A DNA stretch of 64,000 nt from Candidatus Obscuribacterales bacterium (GCA_965228855.1 CBDDIJ010000003.1:352001-416000); one strand, 5' to 3'. Positions 51,681 through 61,923 are shown, counted from the first letter of the stretch. Numbers and translations are program-made. The notes: generated by a model from the letters alone, not told the origin.

Positions 51681-54600
51681 CTAGAGATGCCTTTGCTCGA
51701 ACTTGGCGAGCTGGCTGTCCGGGTCAATTGAGAGGGCTTTGCCGATTGATTCCTTCGCTTTGGAAACGTCGCCCTGTTCTTTGTTTATCCGGGCCAATTC
51801 GAGCCAGCCATCAACATAGTTGGGGTTGATTGAAACGGCTTTCTTTGCGAATTTCGTAGCCTGAGCGTAGTCGCCTTGCAAGCGCTTAATGCGCGCCAGT
51901 GATTCGTAAGGCCATTCGAAGTCCGGCACGCTCTCTGTGCACGACTTGTAGTATTTCTCGGCATTCAGGAGGTCGCCTGTCAATTCCGAAGTCCGGCCCT
52001 TTTGAAACTCCTTGGTGACGACGAGGTCTACCTGACGTTTCGGCACATACGCGCTGAGGAAACGCTCTGCTCTCTGCCGCGTATCCGTTGCAGTTCTCTC
52101 GTTTCCGGTTGCCGCTTCTGTTTTCGCATCTGTTTTTTCTTCTGAAACAGAACCGCTTGCAGCTGCTCGCTCCAGGGCCGCTTTCATGTACGAGCGGCTT
52201 GTTTCTATCAAGCCCAGGCTTTTGCATTGCAGTGCCAACTCATAGCTTTCGGCTCCGGATGCATTTGCTGGAAGCGGCGGAGGACTGGGTAGAAACGCCA
52301 GCTCCGCACCAAAGTTCAACAAGTCGCTGGCATTGTTCATCGCGATGTCTGCATCCAACGTACGTTTCTGTTGATTCAAAAGTCGGGCGTAAGCGTTTAA
52401 CGCCTGCCCGCGCACCACCCGTGATGATGTATCGATCTGCCCGTCCGTCATTGCCAGAGCCGTCTTCAATGTAGCTTCGGCCACCTGGTAGTCTTTCTTG
52501 TCGGTTTCCATCTTGCCGATGTCGACCATGAAATCAGCTTCTTTTAGCGGAGATTCAATCGCCCTCGCTAACGCAAGTGTCTCATCGTAGAGCGGCTTCG
52601 CTTTATCAAATTCTTTGTTTCTCACGTAATAGCTGGCTAATTGAGCTATCGCGTTTGCCAAATCCGATTTGTATTGAACGACCGCGTCACCATCCCTGGT
52701 GGCAGCTTCCGCATGTTTGAGCGCTTCGCGTCTCAACTCAACAGTGCGTACACATAACTCTTCCAGCTCAAGGACCTTCTCTTCCCGATTTTTCAATCGT
52801 CTCAGATCTTCCAGTGCGTCTGCTTGTTCCGATGCCAGAAGCGCGATGCGTTCATGATCTTCCGGTTTCTCTCTTGCTGTCTGCAGTTTCTTCTCACTGG
52901 CAGAGGCTTGCGCAACTATTTCGTCAAGCGATCTTGGACCGACGGGCCAGGGCTCGAGAATGGCAGCGCGCCTGCCGATCTGAAGATCGCGTACGGCGTC
53001 GGTCGTTTGACCGAGGTCCTCATAGATCAGTCCTCGGACATGGTGATAATAAGGGTGATCGCTTAAAAGTATCGCGCGGTTTATCTCGTGAAGCGCAAGT
53101 TCCGGTCGTTTCAAAGCACGCAATGCGAGCGCTTTGCCCATCAAGTTCTGCGGCTTTTGTGGCTCCATCTCGACCGCGTTTGTAAAGTCGATGGCTGCTT
53201 CGGCGTAGCGAGCCAGTTGCATATTGGCCATTCCTCGCCAGTAGTAGCCCTCTGAGGAGCTGGAGCAGAGTGCCACCACTTGCTGGAAGTCCGGCAGCGA
53301 TTCGTTGAAACGTGTGAGCGCGCAAAGCAGATAACCGCGATCGCGAAACGCTTGAGCATTGGTTGGATCTAGCTTGATGACCTCTGTGCAGACTTCGATG
53401 TCTTTGCGTATCAGATCCGGATCGTTCACCAGTGCTGGTACCGCGTGTCGCAAAAGCGTTTCATTGCGCTCAACCGATCTGGGCTTGGTGGCACCTTCTT
53501 TAACAAGCGCCATGCCGTCGGAAAAGGGCTCAGCCGCTTTGTAGACAGGTTCAATAAAAGTCTTTCCGGTATTATCGGCGAAACCGAATTTGCCGTCGAG
53601 GCGGATCAATCGCACTCCATCGCTGAGCGGTCCGATGTGATCGAATTGCTTGTCGATTGTTTGCTTCTCTTCCCTGTCGATGATGGTGAAGCGATAATCC
53701 GGATATGCGAAATAGCCTGGTTCTAACGGGGTTGTCGACTCGTCGAAATCTTGAACATTTCCGGTCCGCCGAGCAACGAGGAACCCGCTGCCGACGCGTG
53801 TAATATCGGCATGCGTGTTTTCAATCGGGCACACATCTTTGCCGACGACAGCGACTCCGGTTTTAAATCCTTCCCAGACGACGTCGTATTTGGGCTTGAT
53901 GTCCCACTTCCCTTTCTTGTTTATAAACCCCCATTTCTTGCCGATGCTGGCCGCACACAGCCCTTTCTGGAAATCTTCAACGTCATCAAAAACAGGTTTT
54001 ATAACAACCGTGCCGCTCTTGTTTATAAATCCCCATTTATCCTTCAACTTGATTGCAGCAAGACCTTCGGAGAAGGGCTTGGCGTCCTGGCATTCCGGGC
54101 TAAGCACCACATCGCCGTTTTTATTGAGGAAAATAATCGCGCCGCTATCTTTGGCCAGGCATAGATCATCCGAAAAATTTTGGATGGAGCTGTAGAAGGG
54201 CTCGAATAAAAACTTTCCGTCCTTGTCTATGATTCCGGCTGCTCTAGAACCAGCGATCGCCAGCCACGCTTTTTTCATGGATGGCATTTCTGTGTCTTTC
54301 AAAATGGTCTGGAGCGCATCGCTTGCCTTTTGCGGAAATTCAGGAGAGTCCTTGCCTAACTGAACCGCCGCATATCCGTTCCGGAAGGTCTCCGCTCCTA
54401 CGAATCTGGGCTCTATCACGAACTTGCCGGTGTGATCGATGTAACCCCATTTGTCCTTCACTTTTACCGGAGCAAGACCATCACTGAAGTCACCAGCCAA
54501 ATCGAAATCCGCTCCGATAACGACGTCTCCGGTTTTATCAATATAACCCCATTGATCCGCGATCAAAATCGCCGCAAGCCCTTCGTGAAATTCGTTTGCT

Positions 54601-54863
54601 TCATAGATCATGTAAGGAACAGCTCGCTTTCCTTGTTTGTCTATGAAATAGAATTCCGGCTCCTCCGGCAGCTGCACTCGCTTCACTTTGCCGATGTTGA
54701 TTGGCTTTGCTGTGTCTATTGACTCGGCACGAGTGCCTTTTCTCTCCAGCGGTTTTTGACCGGATTGTTTTGCGTCGTCTTTTTGCTCTTCAGCAAAAGC
54801 GGGACCTGAGGCTGCTGTCAGCATCAGCGTGAGACTCAGGGTCAAACAGATTTTGTTTTTCAT
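51681..54863 (-). CDS. Secreted WG-repeat + TPR protein
   Basis: Signal peptide; many KWG(Y/F)I(D/N) and FS(D/E)GLA repeats; C-terminal half of TPRs. Confidence 0.9.
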   Translation of the reverse strand: MKNKICLTLSLTLMLTAASGPAFAEEQKDDAKQSGQKPLERKGTRAESIDTAKPINIGKVKRVQLPEEPEFYFIDKQGKRAVPYMIYEANEFHEGLAAILIADQWGYIDKTGDVVIGADFDLAGDFSDGLAPVKVKDKWGYIDHTGKFVIEPRFVGAETFRNGYAAVQLGKDSPEFPQKASDALQTILKDTEMPSMKKAWLAIAGSRAAGIIDKDGKFLFEPFYSSIQNFSDDLCLAKDSGAIIFLNKNGDVVLSPECQDAKPFSEGLAAIKLKDKWGFINKSGTVVIKPVFDDVEDFQKGLCAASIGKKWGFINKKGKWDIKPKYDVVWEGFKTGVAVVGKDVCPIENTHADITRVGSGFLVARRTGNVQDFDESTTPLEPGYFAYPDYRFTIIDREEKQTIDKQFDHIGPLSDGVRLIRLDGKFGFADNTGKTFIEPVYKAAEPFSDGMALVKEGATKPRSVERNETLLRHAVPALVNDPDLIRKDIEVCTEVIKLDPTNAQAFRDRGYLLCALTRFNESLPDFQQVVALCSSSSEGYYWRGMANMQLARYAEAAIDFTNAVEMEPQKPQNLMGKALALRALKRPELALHEINRAILLSDHPYYHHVRGLIYEDLGQTTDAVRDLQIGRRAAILEPWPVGPRSLDEIVAQASASEKKLQTAREKPEDHERIALLASEQADALEDLRRLKNREEKVLELEELCVRTVELRREALKHAEAATRDGDAVVQYKSDLANAIAQLASYYVRNKEFDKAKPLYDETLALARAIESPLKEADFMVDIGKMETDKKDYQVAEATLKTALAMTDGQIDTSSRVVRGQALNAYARLLNQQKRTLDADIAMNNASDLLNFGAELAFLPSPPPLPANASGAESYELALQCKSLGLIETSRSYMKAALERAAASGSVSEEKTDAKTEAATGNERTATDTRQRAERFLSAYVPKRQVDLVVTKEFQKGRTSELTGDLLNAEKYYKSCTESVPDFEWPYESLARIKRLQGDYAQATKFAKKAVSINPNYVDGWLELARINKEQGDVSKAKESIGKALSIDPDSQLAKFEQRHL

Positions 54864-54871
54864 TATTGAAA

Positions 54872-57800
54872 TTATTTCTTGGGCTTCAGGGTACCGGACA
54901 CTGATGTAATTGCATCATCAAGACTGAAGTGCTTTCGAATGGCGTTATTGACGTCTTCGACCGTGACTTTGTCGAGATTGTCCGGATATAAGTCTATGTA
55001 CGACATATCCACTCCAGCCAATTCATAGAAAGATAGGCGGCTGGCAATGTGACGCGGTGAACGCAGGTAAACCGAGAAAACGCCGCTAAGGTGCGACTTT
55101 TCGGTTTGTAGTTCCGTCTCAGTTATACCTTCCTTGAGGTAGTCTTTGACGATACCGGATACGATGTCTTGCGCCCGCTTCAGATTTTCCGGTGCCACGG
55201 AGAACTTAATCGTCCAGGGACCAAAATCCTTAGTTGGATCATCTACCGACGACGAGATTCCGTAACTGAGACCATACTTGTCGCGGACCGGTGCCAGGCG
55301 GCATGAGAAGCTGTCGTAGCCGAGCGCGGCGTTGCCAATTATGGTCGCAAAATATTCTTTGGACAATAAACTGACGTCTACTGCCTTGCCTATGACGACA
55401 TCGCAATTGGCTTTGTCCGGAATTTCGACATTGATCTGTTCAGCCTCTTTGATGGTGTTCAAATCCTTCGTAGAGATTCGAATCTCTTCTCTTTTCTCGC
55501 CGGCCCAATCTTCGAAGTACTTGGCACAGAGCGACTTTGCTTCGTCTTCGGTTATCGCGCCGACCATTGAGAGCACGAAATTGCCAGGCGTGAAATGTTT
55601 GTCGTGAAACGCCTTCAGATCCTTTTGACCGATCGATTTCAACTCAGCAATCTGATCGTTGAAGTCTTTCTGATAGAAGCCTGTAGTCGGTTTGTACAGT
55701 GCTCTAAGAAAGGCATTCCAGCTCATATCTCCTGTATCTGCCAGGTTTTCTTTCAGGTCTGAGAGGCGGATGGTTTTTTCCAACTTCAATTCATCCGCCG
55801 GAAACTTAGGGTTGCGAATGGTGTCGGATACGATATCAATCAACTTATCCAGATCTTCTTTCACAACTTGAGTGTCGAAGTCCGTCCAGAATGAGCCGGA
55901 CGAAAACTCGAGGCTCGTTCCCATGAATTCTAGTTCGTCAGCTAATTGTTCCTTCGTATATTTCTTCGAGCCTTTGTTGAGACCCTCAGCTACGAAGAAT
56001 GGGACCTGGCTCTTTGCGATATCGCAGAAGTGGTCACCGGCGTTCAGACGTCCTGAGATAGCGACGGTGGAGGTTCCCTCCAGTGGAAGAACGAGAACGG
56101 TCATGCCGTTTTCCAGTTTGAAACGTTTCACACGCTTGCCGATGTTAATCGTGTGTTTTTGCTTGGAACCGATCAATTGTTTGATTTGCTCGGCTGATTC
56201 GCTGCCACTGTTGGCGGTGGTAGGCTGGGCACTCGAAGGTTCGGAACCTGGTGCTTGTGATTCGCCTTTGCCGGTGGCCTCACCTTCTTGAGGCTCTGCC
56301 GCCTGTTCCGTCGGTGTCTTACCTTCGCTTGTTTCCGGCTTGATTTCGTCCGGCGAAGGTGCCTTCGGTGAATCGCTTCCCCCTTTGGCCGGTTCTTCAC
56401 CTTCGGCGGCCTTTTTCTCGACAGCGCCATCAGCAGTTTCCTTCCCTTCTGTTTTCTTCGGGAAGTAGTAGCCGACCGTGCGATTGTCTTCGAAACAATG
56501 CGCCTTTATAACGGACTTAACATCATCGTTTGTTACCTTCTCTATGTTGTTCGGGTAGTCCACCCACCAGCGCCAGTTAGCGGCTGAAATCGCTTCGGTC
56601 AACTGTCCGGAGAGCCCCATCGGGTCTGCGATAGAGAGGCGCAGTCCTTTGATAATTGATTGTTTTGCCTTGGACAATTCCTGGTCTGTTGCGCCTGTCT
56701 TTCCGAGTTTACTCAACTCATCGAGAATTGCAGCTTCCAACTTTTTAGGATCGACGCCGACATTGCTTTGTGCCGAGACGACGAACAAACCCGGATCTTT
56801 CAACGAGTACGAGTAACATCCAACCTCTGATGCCAAGCCACTTTCGACAAGACGTTTATAAAGCCGGCTGGAACGTTTCGAGCTGTCGCCCAAGATGGTC
56901 TGCACTATATCCAGTGCATAAGTTTCCTTGCTCAAACACTCCGGAATATGAAATCCAATCGTTACTCTCGGCAGGTCGATGCCTCGACGAACCGTAAAAC
57001 GGCGCTCGCCTTCTTGCGGCGGTTCCGTTGTGTAGACCTTTGGATAGTCGTGAGGTGCTTTTTGAATTGAATTGAAGTTATCTGCAATGAGTTTCAACGC
57101 GTCCTTCGACTCGAAGTCTCCGATAACGATCAAGGTAGCGTTGTCCGGGTAATAGAATTCGTCGTAGAAACGCTTGAGACGCGCTGTTGGCACGCCTTCA
57201 ACGTCGGAACGCCAACCGATTACAGGATGATGATACGGGTGCTCTTTGAATGCTGTCGAGAACAAGTTATTTTCGAGCAGATCTGACGGACTGTCTTCGC
57301 CTCGCTCGAGTTCATTTCTCACAACCGTCATCTCCGCCTGTCTGTCTGATTCTCGGAGTAACAGGTTGCGTATGCGGTCTGCTTCTATTTTGATGCACAA
57401 GTCTAAGTGCGCAGCCGGAACCATCTCGTAATAGTTTGTCCTGTCATACCAGGTGGTAGCGTTATTGATACCGCCTACTTTTTTAAGAACGTCGTCGATG
57501 CCTGTCTTCTTGAGCGGATCGAATGTTGGTGTTCCTTTGAACATCATGTGTTCCAGGAAGTGAGTAGAACCAGTGTAACCAACAGCCTCGTTTCTCGAGC
57601 CGACGTGGTAAACGATCGTGGTGGCGACAACCGGTGTCTCATGTCTCTCGGCTAGAAGGACGCGCATGCCGTTCGCTTTGACCTTATATTCGGCGATACC
57701 CTGGCTGGGCTCACCGACAGCCTCGATGCCGATTTCATCGAGGAACGAACTTTGGACAGGAGTTGAAACGTTTGCTGCGATTTTCGACATGTCTTCTGTT

Positions 57801-58000
57801 GTCCTTGTATTTAATTTTTTTGCTTTCTTCGACGCTTTGTTTTTGTCCTTGACTGTTTCTGTTGGCAGCACTCTAAGTCCCGAGTATGGGTCCAGTCGGC
57901 TGCCGGCTAAGGCAGGAAATGATGACGAGATAAGCAATGAAGCGGCGCCTAGCGCGGTCATTGTACGGACAAAGAGTGAGTGAGATTTGCCTCTGAACAA
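54872..58000 (-). CDS. M16 family (pitrilysin-like) zinc peptidase
   Basis: HFLEH inverted zinc motif, NATT..DRTNY, duplicated M16 halves, signal peptide. Confidence 0.94.
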   Translation of the reverse strand: MFRGKSHSLFVRTMTALGAASLLISSSFPALAGSRLDPYSGLRVLPTETVKDKNKASKKAKKLNTRTTEDMSKIAANVSTPVQSSFLDEIGIEAVGEPSQGIAEYKVKANGMRVLLAERHETPVVATTIVYHVGSRNEAVGYTGSTHFLEHMMFKGTPTFDPLKKTGIDDVLKKVGGINNATTWYDRTNYYEMVPAAHLDLCIKIEADRIRNLLLRESDRQAEMTVVRNELERGEDSPSDLLENNLFSTAFKEHPYHHPVIGWRSDVEGVPTARLKRFYDEFYYPDNATLIVIGDFESKDALKLIADNFNSIQKAPHDYPKVYTTEPPQEGERRFTVRRGIDLPRVTIGFHIPECLSKETYALDIVQTILGDSSKRSSRLYKRLVESGLASEVGCYSYSLKDPGLFVVSAQSNVGVDPKKLEAAILDELSKLGKTGATDQELSKAKQSIIKGLRLSIADPMGLSGQLTEAISAANWRWWVDYPNNIEKVTNDDVKSVIKAHCFEDNRTVGYYFPKKTEGKETADGAVEKKAAEGEEPAKGGSDSPKAPSPDEIKPETSEGKTPTEQAAEPQEGEATGKGESQAPGSEPSSAQPTTANSGSESAEQIKQLIGSKQKHTINIGKRVKRFKLENGMTVLVLPLEGTSTVAISGRLNAGDHFCDIAKSQVPFFVAEGLNKGSKKYTKEQLADELEFMGTSLEFSSGSFWTDFDTQVVKEDLDKLIDIVSDTIRNPKFPADELKLEKTIRLSDLKENLADTGDMSWNAFLRALYKPTTGFYQKDFNDQIAELKSIGQKDLKAFHDKHFTPGNFVLSMVGAITEDEAKSLCAKYFEDWAGEKREEIRISTKDLNTIKEAEQINVEIPDKANCDVVIGKAVDVSLLSKEYFATIIGNAALGYDSFSCRLAPVRDKYGLSYGISSSVDDPTKDFGPWTIKFSVAPENLKRAQDIVSGIVKDYLKEGITETELQTEKSHLSGVFSVYLRSPRHIASRLSFYELAGVDMSYIDLYPDNLDKVTVEDVNNAIRKHFSLDDAITSVSGTLKPKK

Positions 58001-58050
58001 AACGTGGACTCCTTAAAAGTCTGCCGAAAGTAGCACTATATATGGTGCAA

Positions 58051-58077
58051 GAGCCGACTCACAGAATGAGCCGGCTC
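58051..58077. terminator. Hairpin between co-oriented genes, possible terminator
   Basis: gagccgactca-cagaa-tgagccggctc imperfect inverted repeat. Confidence 0.45.
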
Positions 58078-58099
58078 CGCTGAGTTTATCGCTGCAAGA

Positions 58100-58702
58100 C
58101 TAGTCTTGGTCTGCTGGTTTGTCTGAAGTCGAGGTTTCGCCGGACGGTGCATCCGTGGTCGAGGACGACTGTTTGGTTTTATCGCTCTTCTTGCCTTTTA
58201 TGGCTTTCTTAGCGCCTTTGCCAAGCTCGTCAGCGCCCTTTTTAGCGCCTTTGCCTACTTCTTCGACCGCTTTCTCGGTGCCTTTGCCGACTTCTTCAGC
58301 ACCTTCAGCTGCGTCTTTGACGCCCTTTTCGGTGCCTTTGCCGAGCTTCTCTACGCCTTTCTTGGTGCCGCGACCAATAGCTTCAGCGCCGTCTTTGGTT
58401 TTTTCGCCAACTTTCTTGACGCCCTTTGCAGTGCCTTTGCCGATGGCTTCAGCACCCTTCATGGTGTCCTCTGCCCCGGTTTTGATTGCTTTGCCGGTGC
58501 CGGTTACGACCTTCTTGGTTCCTTTGCCGATGTCCTCGGCAGCCTTTTCGACGCCGCTGACAACTTTGTTTTTCTTCTTGGTGGCTTTGGTTTCAGTCGT
58601 CGTCGTCGACGTCACTGTCGTCGAGTCCGAAGCGTCCTGAGCGTTAGCCGCGAGTGAAGAGACTGCCAATACTAATGCGAGTGATAGAAAACGTTTTACC
58701 AT
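58100..58702 (-). CDS. Secreted low-complexity repeat protein (LEA-like 11-mer repeats)
   Basis: Signal peptide MVKRFLSLAL...ANA; repeated GAE.(I/V)GKGT.K units. Confidence 0.75.
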   Translation of the reverse strand: MVKRFLSLALVLAVSSLAANAQDASDSTTVTSTTTTETKATKKKNKVVSGVEKAAEDIGKGTKKVVTGTGKAIKTGAEDTMKGAEAIGKGTAKGVKKVGEKTKDGAEAIGRGTKKGVEKLGKGTEKGVKDAAEGAEEVGKGTEKAVEEVGKGAKKGADELGKGAKKAIKGKKSDKTKQSSSTTDAPSGETSTSDKPADQD

Positions 58703-58868
58703 TATTTCCCCCCTTATAGAGATAAAGGTCATTGTGTCAAAGTAAAACCGTTTTCGCCACTTGAAAAGGGGCTACTTTAGCGTTTCTTCAATTAAACAGA
58801 ATGCATCCTGATGTATTTTTAGGTGCGCCAATGCGGCGTACTTCTTTACGACTTCCGAGGGAAAAACG

Positions 58869-60287
58869 ATGTCACAAGTAGGAAGACGGCTCAGTCTGTC
58901 GGTCGGGATCGGTTTGTGCCTGGCTCTCACAACCAGTCTCAGCAGTGCTCATGCAGCGGATGTTGACTACAAAGCCGCGGGCGCGGAGGCCACGAAAATA
59001 CTTGGCGACTATCTGAAGATCGACACTACCGTTCCACCTGGCAACGAGAAAAAGGGCGCCGAGTTTCTCGCTGAGATTTTGAAGAAAAGCGGCATCGAGG
59101 CACAAATTTTCGATACCGCACCGGGGCGGGCATGTGTTTATGCTCGGTTGAAGGGCAATGGCAAAAAACGTGGCGTGGTTCTTTTGAACCACATCGATGT
59201 CGTGCCGGCAAATCCTGCCGATTGGAAACACCCGCCGTTTTGCGGTGAAATTTTTGACGGAGAGTTGTGGGGGCGTGGTGCGCTCGACATGAAGGGCATG
59301 GGCATCATCGAACTGGAAGCCATGTTGATGATTAAGAAGAGTGGTATCACTCTTGATCGCGACATTGTTTTCCTCGGAACTCCCGATGAAGAAGTTGGTG
59401 GCGAATTTGGTGCCGGTTGGATTAAGAAGAATAAGCCGGAGCTTGTTAAGGACTGCGAGTTTCTTATCAACGAGGGCTTCATGATCGAGGCTGATAAGAA
59501 CGGTAAGGCGAAGTACTGGGGAGTGAATTTTGCAGAGAAGAGCCCTCTCTGGTTGGAACTGACGGCAAAGGGTCAAGCTGGTCATGCGTCAATGCCACTG
59601 CCCGGTTCCGCGACAAATAAACTCGTGAAAGCGCTCCAGAAGTTGAACGACGCCGGTCCGAATTTCAAAGTTCTTCCGCCGGTCGAGGAGTACTTCAAGA
59701 ATGTCAGCACTCTTGAGGGCGGAGAGCTTAAGGACATCTACGCGACCGTGGCTGATTCTGTCAAAGACCCGGCAAAAGTGAAATTGATCATGGGCGATGT
59801 TTTGAAATCGTCGATGTTATACAACACGGTTTCACTCACGGTTTTGAAGGCTGGTTATAAAACGAATGTGATCCCCGGTGAGGCGACCGCTCAGCTTGAT
59901 TGCCGAATACTTCCCGGCGTGACCAAAGACGAAGTGGTGTCCTATGTGAAGAAAACCATTGACGATCCCACAATTGAAATCGGCGTTATCGAGTGGGATC
60001 AAGCCGAGCCCTCTAAACTCGATACCGACCTGTTTAACTCCATCAAGAAGGTTGCCGCCGACGAGTTTCCGGGCATGCCTGTGGTACCGGTCTTGGTGCC
60101 GTGGTTTACGGACTCACACTGGTTCCGTGAACTTGGACTCACCGCATATGGTTTCGAACCTGTCGAGGTGGGACCGCAACACATGGCTACGATGCATGGC
60201 GTGGACGAGCGCATTCCTGTTAAGGGAATAGAAGATGGCGTTCGCCGTATGTACAAAATCCTGATGGATGTGGGCGGCGCAAAGTAG
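58869..60287 (+). CDS. M20/M25/M40 family metallo-hydrolase, secreted
   Basis: NHIDVVP, GRGALDMKG, DEE.GG, NEG, GHAS, NVIP, HGVDERI. Confidence 0.93.
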   Translation: MSQVGRRLSLSVGIGLCLALTTSLSSAHAADVDYKAAGAEATKILGDYLKIDTTVPPGNEKKGAEFLAEILKKSGIEAQIFDTAPGRACVYARLKGNGKKRGVVLLNHIDVVPANPADWKHPPFCGEIFDGELWGRGALDMKGMGIIELEAMLMIKKSGITLDRDIVFLGTPDEEVGGEFGAGWIKKNKPELVKDCEFLINEGFMIEADKNGKAKYWGVNFAEKSPLWLELTAKGQAGHASMPLPGSATNKLVKALQKLNDAGPNFKVLPPVEEYFKNVSTLEGGELKDIYATVADSVKDPAKVKLIMGDVLKSSMLYNTVSLTVLKAGYKTNVIPGEATAQLDCRILPGVTKDEVVSYVKKTIDDPTIEIGVIEWDQAEPSKLDTDLFNSIKKVAADEFPGMPVVPVLVPWFTDSHWFRELGLTAYGFEPVEVGPQHMATMHGVDERIPVKGIEDGVRRMYKILMDVGGAK

Positions 60288-60293
60288 CACGAT

Positions 60294-60635
60294 TTAAAGT
60301 TGAATTTTCTCGATTCGACTCTTTCGTCTTGGCGATCTCTTTCTCGGTTTCTCGGCTTGTAATGCCCGACTCTGATTAAAGATTTCGCTGTAAATCGCGG
60401 CGATTGAGGCGCTGATTTTGGGATCGAGGTTCTGGTTTTCGATTCGCGCGAGAATTTGTTGTTCGCGCGAATTGTCTTGAACAGCGATTCCTCTTAGTTG
60501 TTTGACCTTACCAATGCGTCCGGCAAGGCGCATGCGTTTTTCCAGCAGCGCAATGATGGTCTCATCGATGCCGTCGATTTCGTTTCGCAGTAGATTCAGC
60601 GGGTCCGTATTATTTACTCGTGCTTCTTGTGTCAT
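60294..60635 (-). CDS. Chorismate mutase type II (AroQ)
   Basis: LRNEIDGIDETIIALLEKR...IGKVK...D.SREQQIL. Confidence 0.9.
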   Translation of the reverse strand: MTQEARVNNTDPLNLLRNEIDGIDETIIALLEKRMRLAGRIGKVKQLRGIAVQDNSREQQILARIENQNLDPKISASIAAIYSEIFNQSRALQAEKPRKRSPRRKSRIEKIQL

Positions 60636-60692
60636 TAATCTGGTCCTTAAACGTATTATGCCCTTGAGTTCCTCAAATGAGTCGGAGCGTTC

Positions 60693-61604
60693 TTATGCCG
60701 CTGTCGTTGCCTTTTGCCCGACGTTGCGTGCCGAGGATTGCAATGTTTGCGAAACGACAAGCTCTTTCGCCGGTGCCGGTTTCGCAAGCGGGACCGTTCT
60801 TCCCACGGCTTGAGCGATAGGCTCGATCCGTTTCACCAGATCGCACATGTCCTGGAGCGACAGAGCTTGTCTGGCGTCTGAAACCGACTCTTCCGGACGC
60901 GGGTGGCACTCAATCATGAGACCGTCAGCTCCGCAGGCGATGGCCGCGAGGGCGAGGTCCGGAACCAATTCGCGCTTTCCGGCAGCGTGACTGGGGTCTA
61001 CCACGACCGGGAGGTGTGTTAACTGTTTCAGCGCCACGACTGCGCCGAGATCAAGGACGTTTCTCGTAAACGTATCGAAGCTCCGAATGCCGCGTTCGCA
61101 GAGAATGACGTTGTGATTTCCTTCGCTCATGATGTATTCAGCTGCCATGATAAATTCTTCAATCGTGGCGCACAGACCGCGTTTCAAAATAACCGGTTTG
61201 CTTGCCCGACCGACTGCCTTGAGCAATTCGAAGTTTTGCATGTTGCGGCTGCCAATCTGCAGCATGTCCACAATTGGATCCGCAACTTCGACATGACGTT
61301 CCGACATCACTTCGGTAACGGTTGGAAGTCCAGACGCGCGGGAGACTGCAGCCAGGATTTCCAGACCTTCTTCGCGCATTCCCTGGAATGCGTATGGCGA
61401 GGTTCTCGGTTTGAAAACACCGCCTCGGATGCAGTTGACAGAGCCTTTCAATGCTGAAGCCGATTGGGTCATCATATCCAGGTCTTCAACGGTGCAGGGA
61501 CCGCCGACGATCAATAGTTGCTTGTCTCCAACCGACACGTTCGATGTAATTTCGATTTTCGTCGTCTCGGTTCTTGTTCCTGCTAGTGCTAGTCTGGCAT
61601 CCAT
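60693..61604 (-). CDS. aroF: DAHP synthase (3-deoxy-7-phosphoheptulonate synthase, type I-beta) without ACT domain
   Basis: [46 protein letters not shown]. True start is likely ATG 61604 after AAGGAG, not 61841. Confidence 0.95.
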   Translation of the reverse strand: MDARLALAGTRTETTKIEITSNVSVGDKQLLIVGGPCTVEDLDMMTQSASALKGSVNCIRGGVFKPRTSPYAFQGMREEGLEILAAVSRASGLPTVTEVMSERHVEVADPIVDMLQIGSRNMQNFELLKAVGRASKPVILKRGLCATIEEFIMAAEYIMSEGNHNVILCERGIRSFDTFTRNVLDLGAVVALKQLTHLPVVVDPSHAAGKRELVPDLALAAIACGADGLMIECHPRPEESVSDARQALSLQDMCDLVKRIEPIAQAVGRTVPLAKPAPAKELVVSQTLQSSARNVGQKATTAA

Positions 61605-61651
61605 GATTTGTATTCTCCTTCGATTCATTTTGGGTGTGAAAAATTCTGTGT

Positions 61652-61689
61652 AACGAAACAGCCGGACTCCTTCTGGAAGTCCGGCTGTT
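61652..61689 (-). terminator. Attenuator 2 terminator hairpin
   Basis: RNA AACAGCCGGACU-UCCAGAAGG-AGUCCGGCUGUU-UCGUU: 12-bp perfect stem, moderate U-tail. Confidence 0.75.
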
Positions 61690-61710
61690 AGACGCTTTTC
61701 GCGATACAAC

Positions 61711-61773
61711 CTAGCGAGGACTTCCCCGAAGTGTCCGGCTTTGATAGTAGTAGTAAGTGCGTTGTTGAGACAT
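61711..61773 (-). CDS. Tyr-rich leader peptide 2: MSQQRTYYYYQSRTLRGSPR
   Basis: ATG TCT CAA CAA CGC ACT TAC TAC TAC TAT CAA...TAG; GAAGG RBS; contains GGAAGTCC complementary to the terminator 5' arm. Confidence 0.85.
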   Translation of the reverse strand: MSQQRTYYYYQSRTLRGSPR

Positions 61774-61805
61774 TGTTGAAAACCTTCTGTACTCTGCGTT
61801 TCGGG

Positions 61806-61838
61806 AAATAAAAAACCGCAGTCGTTATAACTGCGGTT
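61806..61838 (-). terminator. Attenuator 1 terminator hairpin
   Basis: RNA AACCGCAGU-UAUAACG-ACUGCGGUU-UUUUAUUU. Confidence 0.88.
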
Positions 61839-61872
61839 CACCTGTTTGTTTGCTGCGCATCACATCGCTAGC

Positions 61873-61923
61873 TCACATCTGGTGAACCTCATCGTTGTGA
61901 TAGTAGTAGTACTTGCGGGTCAT
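61873..61923 (-). CDS. Tyr-rich leader peptide 1: MTRKYYYYHNDEVHQM
   Basis: ATG ACC CGC AAG TAC TAC TAC TAT CAC...ATG TGA; GAGAG upstream; contains GGTTCACC complementary to GGTGAACC overlapping the terminator 5' arm. Confidence 0.85.
   Translation of the reverse strand: MTRKYYYYHNDEVHQM

Noticed and set aside
61605..61841. 79-aa N-terminal extension of DAHP synthase in the ORF track
   Set aside because: It runs through both terminators and leader peptide 2, does not resemble an ACT or chorismate mutase domain, and ATG 61604 has a strong AAGGAG RBS.
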